A DNA stretch of 64,000 nucleotides, taken from NCBI GenBank assembly GCA_035084275.1, contig CM068747.1, positions 2,976,001-3,040,000 of the forward strand, read 5' to 3'. The stretch's first letter is position 1; each line of letters starts with the position of its first letter. Shown piece after piece: positions 1 to 11,339 of the stretch. The translations under genes and the position numbers were made by a program. Below the pieces are notes generated by a model. That model did no database searches, was not told the origin of the DNA, and worked only from the letters and a program-made list of their open reading frames with translations. The DNA comes from Hydrolagus colliei (lineage: Eukaryota).

Positions 1-2537
1 CTTTTATTAATTGGAATGATTGTGAGGTAGGTAATATCATACATGAATTGTTTAAAACAATGACAACTTTTTATAGTGACCTTATCAAAGGATAGCGTCT
101 CAGTCAGAGTACTTCACTGTGGTTGGGGTACTTATGTTCAAATAACAAATTATGCTCAGGTGCCCTAGATTATCATATACAGCCACTCACAGGCAATTCT
201 TCACTTCCCTTCATTCCAGGAGGAATCCATTAAACAAGTACATGAATAATTAAATTGAAAGTGGAACTCAATTATAATAAACGATTGTGATTTCCACGGT
301 ATTGTATTATGGTGACTGAATATCAATTCCTCGGTTTAGCAGGCGCACTAACTGACAAGGAATTGGATTCACAATATAAAATTTACGTTACAATTCGTGC
401 AAAATAATGAAGCCCTCCCTGTTTTCAGTGGCTTGAGTAACCATTTTCTTTCCTTCCTATGAATATTCTCCTCTTCTGTTTCAAACTTTTTTCTTCGACT
501 TGGGTAGGAGTGGACTCAGCGGGCAGCATCAGATGTATAGGATGAACAGTATATTGTGTGTTAGATTGTTTGTGGTGGTGGGTTGGGGAGGGGGGGAAAG
601 AGTTTTTCTGTACAATTTGATGGCTCCTTAAAACGTGCTGGGAATCTGAAATCAGTTTGTTGCACACGCACTAAAACAAACAGTTTGCAAATCACAAGCA
701 AAAATACTTTTGTGATTGGCCTTGATATCCTATATTACAGATGTCTCTATCAAATGGGCATTCTGTAAAAAGCTCTACCAAATGGATTCTCAGTAGAAAG
801 CTGAATATTAGCATCTGAATATGAACAGCTAATGGACTCATAACAATCTATGCCAAAACAAGCACTATTCCTTTAGACACACACAAAAACATATTTGTCC
901 CAATCAGTAGTACTATATCCACCAGATTTGTTTTGAAATATAATCAATTTGAGGTTAGAAATAGTTCACGATTCCAACTGATAGCAATTATTTGTACTTC
1001 ACAACCTTTTACAATACAATTTACAGCTGTATTGTGCCTGTCACATCATGAGGATGTCTCATAGCACTTCATGTAGCTGGAATGAGCACCTGAAGTGGGG
1101 TGAGGGGCTGAAAAGTATGGGTCGGGGAAGTGAAATGACCGAAAGCATAGTAACAGAGATAACAGATATAACAGATAAGCCTTGAGGTAACACCGAACAT
1201 GGCAGATAAGAGGGAAACAATCTTGTCTTGAAAACATCTCTAGTTTTCTTTGGTCTATTTTTTTTCCCCATTTCCAATCAGATTTTATAATCATTGAACA
1301 CTTAGCCTCTGGTAAAATACCCTGAATCATTATTTTAAGTAGCTTAAAAAAATAATTATAATTTGAGCATTTTTAATTATTGAAAACAGAGATAATTGCA
1401 GAAATTATTTCCAGAATTCTTTCACCACGAGGGACTATAGTAAAACAACGATATCTTAAACAAATCAGTCCGCTACTGTCTAAATGAATTACAAATTGAA
1501 TGAAAACTCAATGAGTAAGTTGGAGAGCTCTATCTAGTGGACAAGAACAGTGGGTGTATATTTCTTCTAATGGGGATGCAAAGCATAAAATCTTTCAATA
1601 TTAGCTTGGCTTTTGTTTTGCTAGAAATAGCCCTGAGGAATATATACCTGCCAAAGTAAAATTACAGAATATTAGCTGGACTTGGAGAAGTTTCTTTCTT
1701 CTTAGTGAAAAAGCAAATTCGTAAGAACACTGGATCAATTCAATTTCATGAAAAAGCACGTATCTTGTCAAATTATTTCAAATGCAATTCCCTCGCCTGG
1801 CTTTTCCCTGGCTAAAGCAAGAACTTTATGCTGCGATACGAATCCTGTGTCATTTTGTTTAGTTATATAGGTGACAAGCAGGCAGTTTGAGCACAATAGT
1901 CAATGTTTACATTACATGTGAATTACACCACTCCTATTCTCCCCATTACTTTTCACCAATATGATAGTTAAACCTGTTAAACAGCTAAACAGAGTTTCCA
2001 TGTTTTGGTTTTGTTCCTAATTTGCAACCCACCCCCACACATTTCTAGATATCCTTTTTTCATGATATATCCTGAAAAGTTATCCCTTTTTAAAAAATTA
2101 TTTCCATTTCAATCACGCCCCAAAGATTCAACAAGATCTTACTTAGGTTACCTTACTTCCTGTATTATCGAACAGAGAAGTATTTTCCTTAAATATAACC
2201 CTGTTAATGTCTAAAGGATGTCTCTAAGCACTTCACCAGTTTTAGTGTGGTGATGGTATTTTCTGGCAAATACAGTACCTTGCTTTTTAGGAGATCATGG
2301 AACCATAGAAGAAAACAGCTTTCATAGCAGTAGAAAAAAAATACAACAGGTGATTGGGGACTGCCATGTTTTTGATATCCAGACACCAATGATCATGTTT
2401 GAGAGTATCCAAATCAAACTGTCTCGACACAAACCTTTCACATAAGCGTGGCATCCGGGAAATCTCTGTGCCAGCAATTGATTGCAGGAAATTCATGAAT
2501 TAAGCAGTTCACTTAGAATTGTCTATATATTACTTCT

Positions 2538-3290
2538 ATCATAGAATCATAGAATCATAGAATTTTACGGCACAAAAGGAGGCCATTCGGCCCATCTAGT
2601 CTGTGCCGGCTCTTTGAAAAGAGCGATTCAATCCCACTACCCAGCCCGCTCCCCATAGCCTAATAGACCCGTTCTCCCTAAATAAAGATCTAATTCCCTT
2701 TTAAAAGTTGTTATCGAATCAGCCTCCACCACCTTTTCAGGCAATGCATTCCAGATTCGAACAACTCGCTGAGTGAAAAAAAATTCTCCTCAGCTCCCCT
2801 CTACTGCGCCTTGAAACTATTTTAAATCTGTGACCACGAGTCACAGATTCACCCACGAGTGGAAATAGTTTTTCTCTATTTGCCCTGTCGAAACCCCTCA
2901 TGATCTTATAAACCTCTATTAGGTCTCCCCTCAATCTTCTCTGCTCCAGAGAGAATAACCCTAGCCTATCTAGCCTCTCCTCATAGCTGAAGTCCTTCAA
3001 TCCTGGCACCATCCTAGTAAATCTTCGTTGTACCCTTTCCAATGCCTTCACATCCTTTCTGTAGTGTGGTGACCAGAATTGAACACAGTATTCCAGCTGA
3101 GGCCTCACCAAAGTCCTATAGAGGTTAGTCAGCACTTCCTGACTTTTGTACTCTATACCCCTATTTATAAAGCCTAGTATCCCATATGCCTTCTTAACAG
3201 CCTTGTCTACCTGTCCTGCCACCTTCAACGAGTCACTAACACAAATCCCCAGGTCTCTCTGTTCCTTTACACCTTACACCATTCTACTCA
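2538..3290 (-). mobile_element. 5'-truncated CR1 LINE (ORF2 C-terminus, 3'UTR and octamer tail)
   Basis: ORF 2737-3228 has CR1 motifs (LYRTLVRPQLEYCVQFWSP, LEQRRLRGDLIEVYKIM, TRGH); (ATTCTATG)n tail at 2538-2563. Confidence 0.92.
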
Positions 3291-3469
3291 GTAGTTTTTA
3301 GAATTTAAAAGCACATATATTTTGTTATGAACTATTGTTTTTAATATATGTATCTCTAACTTGATAAGACTTTCCCAGCAATGGGATGAATCAATTTATA
3401 ATAATCCTCACATTTTGTTATAGCCTCATCACATCATAAAAATGTCAGTTTCATATCCAATGTGTCATA

Positions 3470-3800
3470 TATCACACTCAAAGCCCTCCCCCCAACCTAC
3501 ATCCATGACCAACAACCCGCCCTCTGCTCAGCAGGCTCCGTCCTACTCCACGTGGCAGGTGAGCTGTCAGACGCTCTAACCCCAACCTCTGGAACTCCAT
3601 CCCGCAGTCCCTCTGCCTTGCACCCTCCCTGGCGTCCTTCAAGTCCCTCTTCTTCGACGGGCCCATCAGTCACCCAAATCCCCCTCCTTCCCTCCACCTT
3701 CCCCGTCTCCAGCTTGGGTCTGAAACATTGACTGTCCAGCACCTTGTGGCATCCTCCTGACGTAAAAGGTGGACAAGTGTAATTTTTTTGTTGTTGCGGT
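3470..3800 (+). mobile_element. L2-type LINE 3' fragment
   Basis: Same 3' sequence and (TTG)n tail as the copies at 10.6k, 13.4k, 47k, 51.7k and 57.9k. Confidence 0.7.
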
Positions 3801-4133
3801 GGTGTCAAATTTGTGAAAACAATAAATTGCTCAACAGACTGAAGCTTTGTGCTTAGCTTCATTTCTCACTCAACCTTTGAAGGTATCTTTATCTACTTAA
3901 GTGATGGGATTTACACACAAAATGCGGTCAATTAACTTTACAGTATATCATGTGATGTGCTTTGAGACATATTGACAACATGATAGAAAGTGCTGTCTCA
4001 AATCCAAGTATTATTATTAAGGTATTGCAACATTCCTTTAGATTTACCGGCTGAGAAATGCTTCATTTGTAAAAGTGGCACCAAAAGGCAAATCACTCGC
4101 TCAGAATCCAGAACACTAATGTGATTTTTACAT

Positions 4134-4139
4134 TTTATT
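4134..4139 (-). terminator. Likely polyadenylation signal of the RPL41-like gene
   Basis: AATAAA on the - strand about 190 nt after the stop codon. Confidence 0.6.
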
Positions 4140-4327
4140 CTTTACAACCACTGTAAAGGTCCAATACTAGAACAGTCCAAGTCTATCCAGATCTTCTGAT
4201 GACAAGTATCTGATACGCCTTCATGAAATGGTCCCAGCACTAGAATTGAAGTGAAGATTCCACAGTCCATGGCCATTCAACAAAGTCTGTGAAGTACACC
4301 TTCCGCAGTAGTAAATGAAACGTTAGA

Positions 4328-4370
4328 TCATCTGCACCTCTGCCTCATCTTTCGTCTCTTGCGCTTAAGC
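4328..4370 (-). CDS. RPL41: RPL41-like coding exon 3 ([14 protein letters not shown])
   Basis: CATTACAG|G CTT AAG CGC AAG AGA CGA AAG ATG AGG CAG AGG TGC AGA TGA. Confidence 0.93.
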
Positions 4371-7300
4371 CTGTAATGGGATTAAGATCATGTTAAAAAT
4401 CTCCACAATCTTCAGGACAATATGTAAATAAAAGCAGCCTAAAATAAGGTTGGTTAGCAGCAGAGCAGTTCAAATTCTTTACACACCAATAAAAAAAACG
4501 GAGAAGCCGCAATAATTTCTAATAAGCTTCAGTAAACATGCAATTTTAACTATTCGATCAATTTCTTGCTGAACTTTCCTCAAAATATTATGATTTTTGT
4601 GATGTTTGAATCATAGAATCAGAGCACAAAAGGAGGTTGTTCTGCCCATCGTGTCTATGCCGGATCTTTGAAAAGAGCTGTCCAAATCAATTCCACTCCC
4701 CCGCTCTTTTCCCATAGCCCTGCAAACTTGTCCTCCTCAAATATATATCTGCGCCTCTCTTAAAACTTGTTATCAATTCAGCTTCTATGTTTTCAGGCAA
4801 TGCATTTTTTGTACCTTAAGGCTGCACAGAGACATTATTTAAAAATAGTCGGAATAAAGAAGTTTTTATTACTATTAAAACATTTATAATCAGTTAAAAC
4901 AAAAACAGACAACAAAAACACAACTTCGATTTATACAGCGCCTTCCACGCCAGACGGCGTCTCAGAGCGCTTCACAATAACGGATCCCGGGACCGAGCCA
5001 AGGGCAGGGGAAGAAAGGTGACCAAAGTCACGGTCGAAGAGAAAGGTCTTCAGCAAAGCTATGCTGAGTTATGCTTAATATTTAACTACCCATGCAGCTT
5101 TGTCTGGACATTATAGAAGTAAAATAAAACTCTCCCTGATATAAATACAGAATTTAAAAAAAAATGCTTTTAATTTAACTAATGTAAAAAACAAAAGGCA
5201 AAATAAACATTTCACTGTTCAGTACAGTGCCTGAACACAATTTCTACGCATGCATGGGGGAGAAGAGAACATGTGATTATTGGGGAGAGAATCAGGAGCG
5301 TGGAGGCTCATATGGAATACAAACATTAACATAAGGCAATTTGGGCTCAATGTTTTTCATGCTTCTGTGTATGTGTAATTCTCTTTCAAATAATGCATTA
5401 TTGAGTAGAAGACAGTGCCTCTGTGAAATTAAAGACTGATGTCTTACAGTGTTCTCCACAACCTGAAATTAAATTAAAAGGTGCTCCAGCTGTGTTCAAC
5501 ATCAGCAGCATAATGTCAGAGCACTTTGTCGCCACGTCACACGCATGCACGTACGCACACAGGCACGGGGCAAACTCTCACTCCACACTCAATCATGTCA
5601 TGATCAGCAAATTCTAAAAACAAGACCTGTGAGTGTGACTAGTGTGAGGCACAATAAAACTTGACAGGGAGAGAGAAAACATCCATAAAAAGTCTTTGAA
5701 ATTTGTCATCATCAATCCTTAAGTTAGTGTTTTGGATATTATAATGTTTCTTTGAATCTCTGAAATAGTAAAACATAACCTGTGCTTTTAAAGTTAAGTG
5801 ATATCATGTTCAGTTGCATTGAAACCATTGTGACAACTTTGTGAATCCATTTTCAACAGTAGCAAGGGAATAAGGTTGGAATGAGATTTTAGAAAAATTG
5901 TGTCTTCAGCAAATAACACATCTTGCAAGATTGGGGGAAGCACATGTGATATTTATATTAAAAATAAAATTGACCTGATATTTAACAGTGTGGGGCACAC
6001 TCCATGATTGGTATAATATTAGAACTGAAGTTGTCCTTAAACATCTAGCTTCCTCCTCCTCATGCTTGCCCAGGTGTCTGCTGCCACGTCAAATGGAAAC
6101 TCCTGTAGTGGTGGGCCCTCCACAGACACCATTATATGGGCATTTAGGGTCTCCTGCTTCAGGTGGTTCCTCTCCTCGGTCTTAATCCTCTTCAGAGAAG
6201 AAAACCCTCTTTCACAATCTGCTGTGCTCATGGGGATGACCAGGGCGAGTTGTGCCAGCTTTGTTAGAGCTGGCATGGATTTGTCATGTAGCGTTGCAAG
6301 CTGACATAAAGTTGCCTCAAATGTCGACCCCATTTTTGGGTCCCGCTGAACGAGTAATCCCTTGAGTACTTGGTGTTCTCTCCTGGCAGCATCACTATCC
6401 ACAACCTCCGAGTAGTGCTCAATCAACAGTTCCAGCTCTTCAACAGCGAAGTATGCCATATCTTCCACAGAGAGGTTGTGGTGCTTGGCTGGGTCGAAGA
6501 CTGTGCCAAATGCTGCCAGGAGATCAGTCTCAGGAAATCTTGTCTGGAGTTGTTCAACGAGTGCCCTGAGGTATGGAGTGTACACTGTTGTTTTGAATGT
6601 CTTCAGATCCTCTTTTGTGCAGATTATTGGAAATCCTCCTGCACTCATTTCCTCCATTCTGTTCTCCAGAGACTGGAAGTGCCTTCCTGGGTTAGTGAGC
6701 AAAGCGCCTAGTGTGGTGATGGTGGTTTCAATGTCGGATTTTATCCCACACAGATTGAGTGAGTGGGTCTGGAATCGCTTAGAAAGCACTGACAGGAGAG
6801 GCAGGATGTCAGACATCATATGAAGATATGCAACAAATTTCCAGTTGTTCACCTTTCTCAGCAAGCCGGCTGCTTTGTCCTCGCCATTTTCTTCTGCTTC
6901 ATGCTCGAGTGCCATAATGACGAATAACATCAGCTAGAACCAAAACCATCTCCTGCATGGTCCTCAGACGTGTATCCTGTACTGCCGTCCACCTTAAGAG
7001 CGTTCAGGTAGGTGCATCCATTTGCAACTTGAAGCTGGAGAAGGTCTACAAAGGATGTGGTGTGTGATTTCTCCTTCATCAGCCAGTACATGGTACGTAT
7101 AGCTGCAACAAACGGTTGTCTCTCTAGCGTCAATCCCACTTCCAATGCTGCAGCTATGCCACCACGTCTGGCTGATTGCTCTTCATCGGCCTTCACTTTC
7201 ATGGCCACTTGGTGCACTGACATGGCCTCATGGCGCTTGATGCATTGTTCCCGGTATGAAGTACAGGGAGAAGCCATCCATACCCCTCGTTTTGACCTGT

Positions 7301-10275
7301 AGTCGTACTTCGTGCACCACTTGCGGAACATCCCGGTGCCATGTTCGTATTGCAGCCATGGATAGCGCCCCAGCCAACTGTCCCCAAAACCAGTTGTGCG
7401 CTGTTTCTTCGCGCCCTTGGTGTTTTCAGGTCGACTGGGACCACCTTGTCGGGCCTCGTCAGAATCATCGGCGTCGTGATCGACCACGTGAGTTTCATTG
7501 TTTTTAGAACGAAAAAGACTAGTTAATGAACGTTGTTGCTTCTTACTCATCGTGAATTTCGTGAGCGCACATCTAATATTTACTTCTTCTCGTGTCAGCA
7601 CGATGCTAGCCTGGGCGTTGCAGGAACCAAAATTTCTACTATTGTGTAATTCAAATCACACACACACATACACGCACGCACGGGGCAAACTCTCACTGCA
7701 TAGACCACACACTAGACCAGCTATACACATCAGCATGTCAGGTACGCAACACCAAGGAGGTAAGTACATCGGGGATACACACTCCACAACTTCATCCCTC
7801 CTCCCGCCTTACACACATAGTTGCCCCCCACTCCCCACATACACACAGCACAGACTCTCTCTCTGTCTCTTATCTTCCCCGTGCGCCGGCCACTCTCTGT
7901 TTACCATTCTCTCCGCTGAAATAATCCTTCTGACAAATATTTTCCAAACATGTTTAGAAAAATTATAACGTGTCTGGAAATTTAATTTGTGTCGGCCCTA
8001 AATTTAAACGTGTCGGCCCAACACGTCAAAAGCGGTCGTGGAGAACACTGGTCTTAATTAGCACTAAAGATAAACCCAAACCATCTACGACCATCGGCAA
8101 CAAAAAAAAATGCAGAAAGTAATTCCTGCCACCCTTCACAAAAATACATTGGCTTATTATGTAAAGCAGGAATTCTAGGAGACTTGACAAAACATTGTAC
8201 ATTACCTGCGCATACGCTTCTTTCTCCACTGGAAAACAAACAAAAACATCAATTAAAATTATCACATTATATATGCAATGTTCATGCAAAATTGACTTAT
8301 CCGGTATCCTTCCACCTGATCTAGCCGCGCACCTTATCAGGTCTTCGAGACGTCTCAAAGCCTTTCACAAAATAATAACACTGCAAATAAAGTGAATTGA
8401 CTTGTATTATTTTGTGGGTGAAATGAAACCAGGCAGCCATATTGTGTGTGTCTGCGTGAGATTTTCTGTGTGTGAGTCTCACTTCTGCACCCTAAAAAGA
8501 AAGAAAAATCTTCCAACAAGTTTCAGATGCCAAGGATTACAGCAAATTACATTTGCTCACACACAAGNNNNNNNNNNNNNNNNNNNNNNNNNNNNNNNNN
8601 NNNNNNNNNNNNNNNNNNNNNNNNNNNNNNNNNNNNNNNNNNNNNNNNNNNNNNNNNNNNNNNNNNNNNNNNNNNNNNNNNNNNNNNNNNNNNNNNNNNN
8701 NNNNNNNNNNNNNNNNNNNNNNNNNNNNNNNNNNNNNNNNNNNNNNNNNNNNNNNNNNNNNNNNNNNNNNNNNNNNNNNNNNNNNNNNNNNNNNNNNNNN
8801 NNNNNNNNNNNNNNNNNNNNNNNNNNNNNNNNNNNNNNNNNNNNNNNNNNNNNNNNNNNNNNNNNNNNNNNNNNNNNNNNNNNNNNNNNNNNNNNNNNNN
8901 NNNNNNNNNNNNNNNNNNNNNNNNNNNNNNNNNNNNNNNNNNNNNNNNNNNNNNNNNNNNNNNNNNNNNNNNNNNNNNNNNNNNNNNNNNNNNNNNNNNN
9001 NNNNNNNNNNNNNNNNNNNNNNNNNNNNNNNNNNNNNNNNNNNNNNNNNNNNNNNNNNNNNNNNNNNNNNNNNNNNNNNNNNNNNNNNNNNNNNNNNNNN
9101 NNNNNNNNNNNNNNNNNNNNNNNNNNNNNNNNNNNNNNNNNNNNNNNNNNNNNNNNNNNNNNNNNNNNNNNNNNNNNNNNNNNNNNNNNNNNNNNNNNNN
9201 NNNNNNNNNNNNNNNNNNNNNNNNNNNNNNNNNNNNNNNNNNNNNNNNNNNNNNNCAAAAAAAGGAAAACGCTTTGCAAATGCAACGAGGTCGACGGTTG
9301 GAACCAGTCGCTTAAACAACGTGTGTGTGTGTGTGTGAGTGTGTGCGGGGGGGGTGTGTGTGGGTGAGTGTGTGTGCGGGGGGGTGTGTGTNNNNNNNNN
9401 NNNNNNNNNNNNNNNNNNNNNNNNNNNNNNNNNNNNNNNNNNNNNNNNNNNNNNNNNNNNNNNNNNNNNNNNNNNNNNNNNNNNNNNNNNNNNNNNNNNN
9501 NNNNNNNNNNNNNNNNNNNNNNNNNNNNNNNNNNNNNNNNNNNNNNNNNNNNNNNNNNNNNNNNNNNNNNNNNNNNNNNNNNNNNNNNNNNNNNNNNNNN
9601 NNNNNNNNNNNNNNNNNNNNNNNNNNNNNNNNNNNNNNNNNNNNNNNNNNNNNNNNNNNNNNNNNNNNNNNNNNNNNNNNNNNNNNNNNNNNNNNNNNNN
9701 NNNNNNNNNNNNNNNNNNNNNNNNNNNNNNNNNNNNNNNNNNNNNNNNNNNNNNNNNNNNNNNNNNNNNNNNNNNNNNNNNNNNNNNNNNNNNNNNNNNN
9801 NNNNNNNNNNNNNNNNNNNNNNNNNNNNNNNNNNNNNNNNNNNNNNNNNNNNNNNNNNNNNNNNNNNNNNNNNNNNNNNNNNNNNNNNNNNNNNNNNNNN
9901 NNNNNNNNNNNNNNNNNNNNNNNNNNNNNNNNNNNNNNNNNNNNNNNNNNNNNNNNNNNNNNNNNNNNNNNNNNNNNNNNNNNNNNNNNNNNNNNNCTCC
10001 CTCTCCCCTCCCCAAGGCTTCGTCTCCTCACCTCCCCCCCCCCCCCAGTGTCAGTTGAGGATGAGAGAGAGAGAGAGAGAGGCCGCGGGGTGGTGTGTGG
10101 TGTGGTGTGGTGTGGGGGGGAGTGGCTGGTGATGATGAAGCCAGGCTTCCCTGCAGTCTAGGCCCTGAAGGCCAAACTCCGAAAAATTTTTTACAAGCGA
10201 CTTCAAAATCTTTAGGGTTTAAACAACCCCCCCACACACACACACACCGCCAGCGACACTCACCTTCGCTCTCAT
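4328..10275 (-). CDS. RPL41: RPL41/eL41-type ribosomal micro-protein gene, 3 coding exons: 10264-10275, 8206-8228, 4328-4370; [25 protein letters not shown]
   Basis: 12+23+43 = 78 nt joined by GT-AG introns. 23 of 25 residues match vertebrate eL41 ([25 protein letters not shown]). Exon split is the same as I recall for human RPL41. Confidence 0.93.
4608..4806 (-). mobile_element. CR1 3'UTR fragment
   Basis: Diverged copy of 2555-2750, including the ATCATAGAAT tail. Confidence 0.75.
5447..8050 (-). mobile_element. hAT-superfamily DNA transposon, internally deleted and non-autonomous, in RPL41 intron 2
   Basis: TIRs CAGTGTTCTCCAC(A/G)ACC at 5447-5463 and 8034-8050; GTCTTA on both flanks; transposase remnants inside. 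Confidence 0.92.
6037..7549 (-). pseudogene. Broken ZNF862-like hAT transposase: TTF-type zinc finger and hATC dimerization domain, catalytic core missing
   Basis: N-part WLGRYPWL..KWCTKY..IKRHEAMSVH; frameshift near 6961 (YTSE/TMQEMVLVLADVIR); jumps straight to the C-part ending PMSTADCERGFSSLKRIKTEERNHL. Confidence 0.85.
8206..8228 (-). CDS. RPL41: RPL41-like coding exon 2 (WRKKRMR, 23 nt)
   Basis: TTTGTTTTCCAG|TGG AGA AAG AAG CGT ATG CGC AG|GTAATG. Confidence 0.93.
8568..9255. other. Assembly gap (N run)
   Basis: Run of n. Confidence 1.
9392..9996. other. Assembly gap (N run) flanked by (GT)n/G-rich simple repeats
   Basis: Run of n. Confidence 1.
10264..10275 (-). CDS. RPL41: RPL41-like coding exon 1 (MRAK)
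   Basis: CTCGGC ATG AGA GCG AAG|GTGAGT, consensus donor. Confidence 0.9.
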
Positions 10276-10289
10276 GCCGAGACAGGCCT

Positions 10290-10470
10290 GTTAGAGGCAG
10301 GGGTGAGCTGGTGAGTGTGAGCGGTGGCCGGGTTGAGCGCTGACTGAGCTCAGGTTGATGTCGGCCTCTCCGCCGCCATGTTCCCTGACAACCTCCCGGA
10401 GCCCGGGAACAAGTGCGAAGTCGCGCATGCGCAACCCGTCACCAAAGCCAGGGCAGCTAAACTCCCCCTC
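10290..10470 (-). promoter_or_regulatory. CpG-rich promoter/5' region of the RPL41-like gene
   Basis: CpG-dense; NRF1-type palindrome GCGCATGCGC at 10423-10432; YY1-type AACATGGCGGC at about 10372-10382. Confidence 0.6.
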
Positions 10471-10589
10471 CCCCCCCCCTCCCCCACACAGTGAGTGTGA
10501 CCTGGACCACACTGATGCTGACACGTGTTAATCTGCTTGATGATGTGGCTGTATAAGCGCTCCTGGACGCCCATCTGGCTTAAAGGGCG

Positions 10590-10900
10590 CTGCGATCAAT
10601 GCAACTCCGGGTAACTCTCGCTCACTTTCATCCGGAACTCTGCGGCTCTTTAAGGCCGGTCTCAAGACCCTCCTCTTCAATAGTGCCTTCCCAACTCCCT
10701 CTCTCAGGTCCCGACCTGAATGTTCAGTGCCTTGGGACATCCTCCCACATGAAAAGCGCTCTAAAAATGTAATTTTGTTGGTGATGGCGGTGAGCATATT
10801 TGCAGTCAATCCGTTTTACAGTATATTTTTTCTGTGAAGCGCTTTGACACAGCTTCGATGACACAATGAGAAGTTGTATGAAACGTAAGGACTATTAACC
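10590..10900 (+). mobile_element. L2 3' fragment followed by a SINE tail fragment
   Basis: TTGGGACATCCTCC..GAAAAGCGC..TGTAATTTTGTTG, then TTTACAGTATATT..GAAGCGCTTTGA. Confidence 0.65.
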
Positions 10901-11339
10901 AGCAACGAGTCATGGTTTATGGATAAGGGGACTGTCAAACTTCATAATTCCTTGGGACATCCTCCTGTTGTGAAATGCTAATATAATTGTAAATATTATT
11001 GTTGTAAAGTGGAATATAAATAAAAGCCTGGTAGGTTTTTAGATGAAACTGGCATAATTATGGTTATCTGGTTAAAACATTTTTTTGAAGGTTTCTATAT
11101 TCATTTGTGGCATGGTTCCAATGTAACGGTGGCCACACAAGCACTACTATTGTTGCACATCTACTGTGCTTATACTTTGCAGATTTACTAACAAAAAATA
11201 GCTCTAATGATTAAAATGTAAAATCTCCATGAATATGCACATTTCATAGATACCATCACATAAAAGGAAACATCCAGATCAAATAACCAATGTAAACATT
11301 GCATTCTGAAAACTGTTTGGTATAATCTACCATAGTTTT

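Noticed and set aside
1-2520. Possible exons or promoter of the next gene (PTH2R follows PIKFYVE in mammals); splice-like sites at about 1089, 2150 and 2279
   Set aside because: No recognisable protein in any frame and no consistent exon chain.
6037-7601. Domesticated ZNF862-like gene
   Set aside because: Intact TIRs and TSD, a frameshift and loss of the catalytic core indicate a transposon copy.
8402-10161. Long ORFs of 239-492 aa
   Set aside because: Artefacts of reading through N gaps and simple repeats.
4371-10263. Intronic snoRNAs in the RPL41-like gene
   Set aside because: No convincing C/D or H/ACA box pair seen by eye; about 1.3 kb of intron 1 is unsequenced, so this is not excluded.
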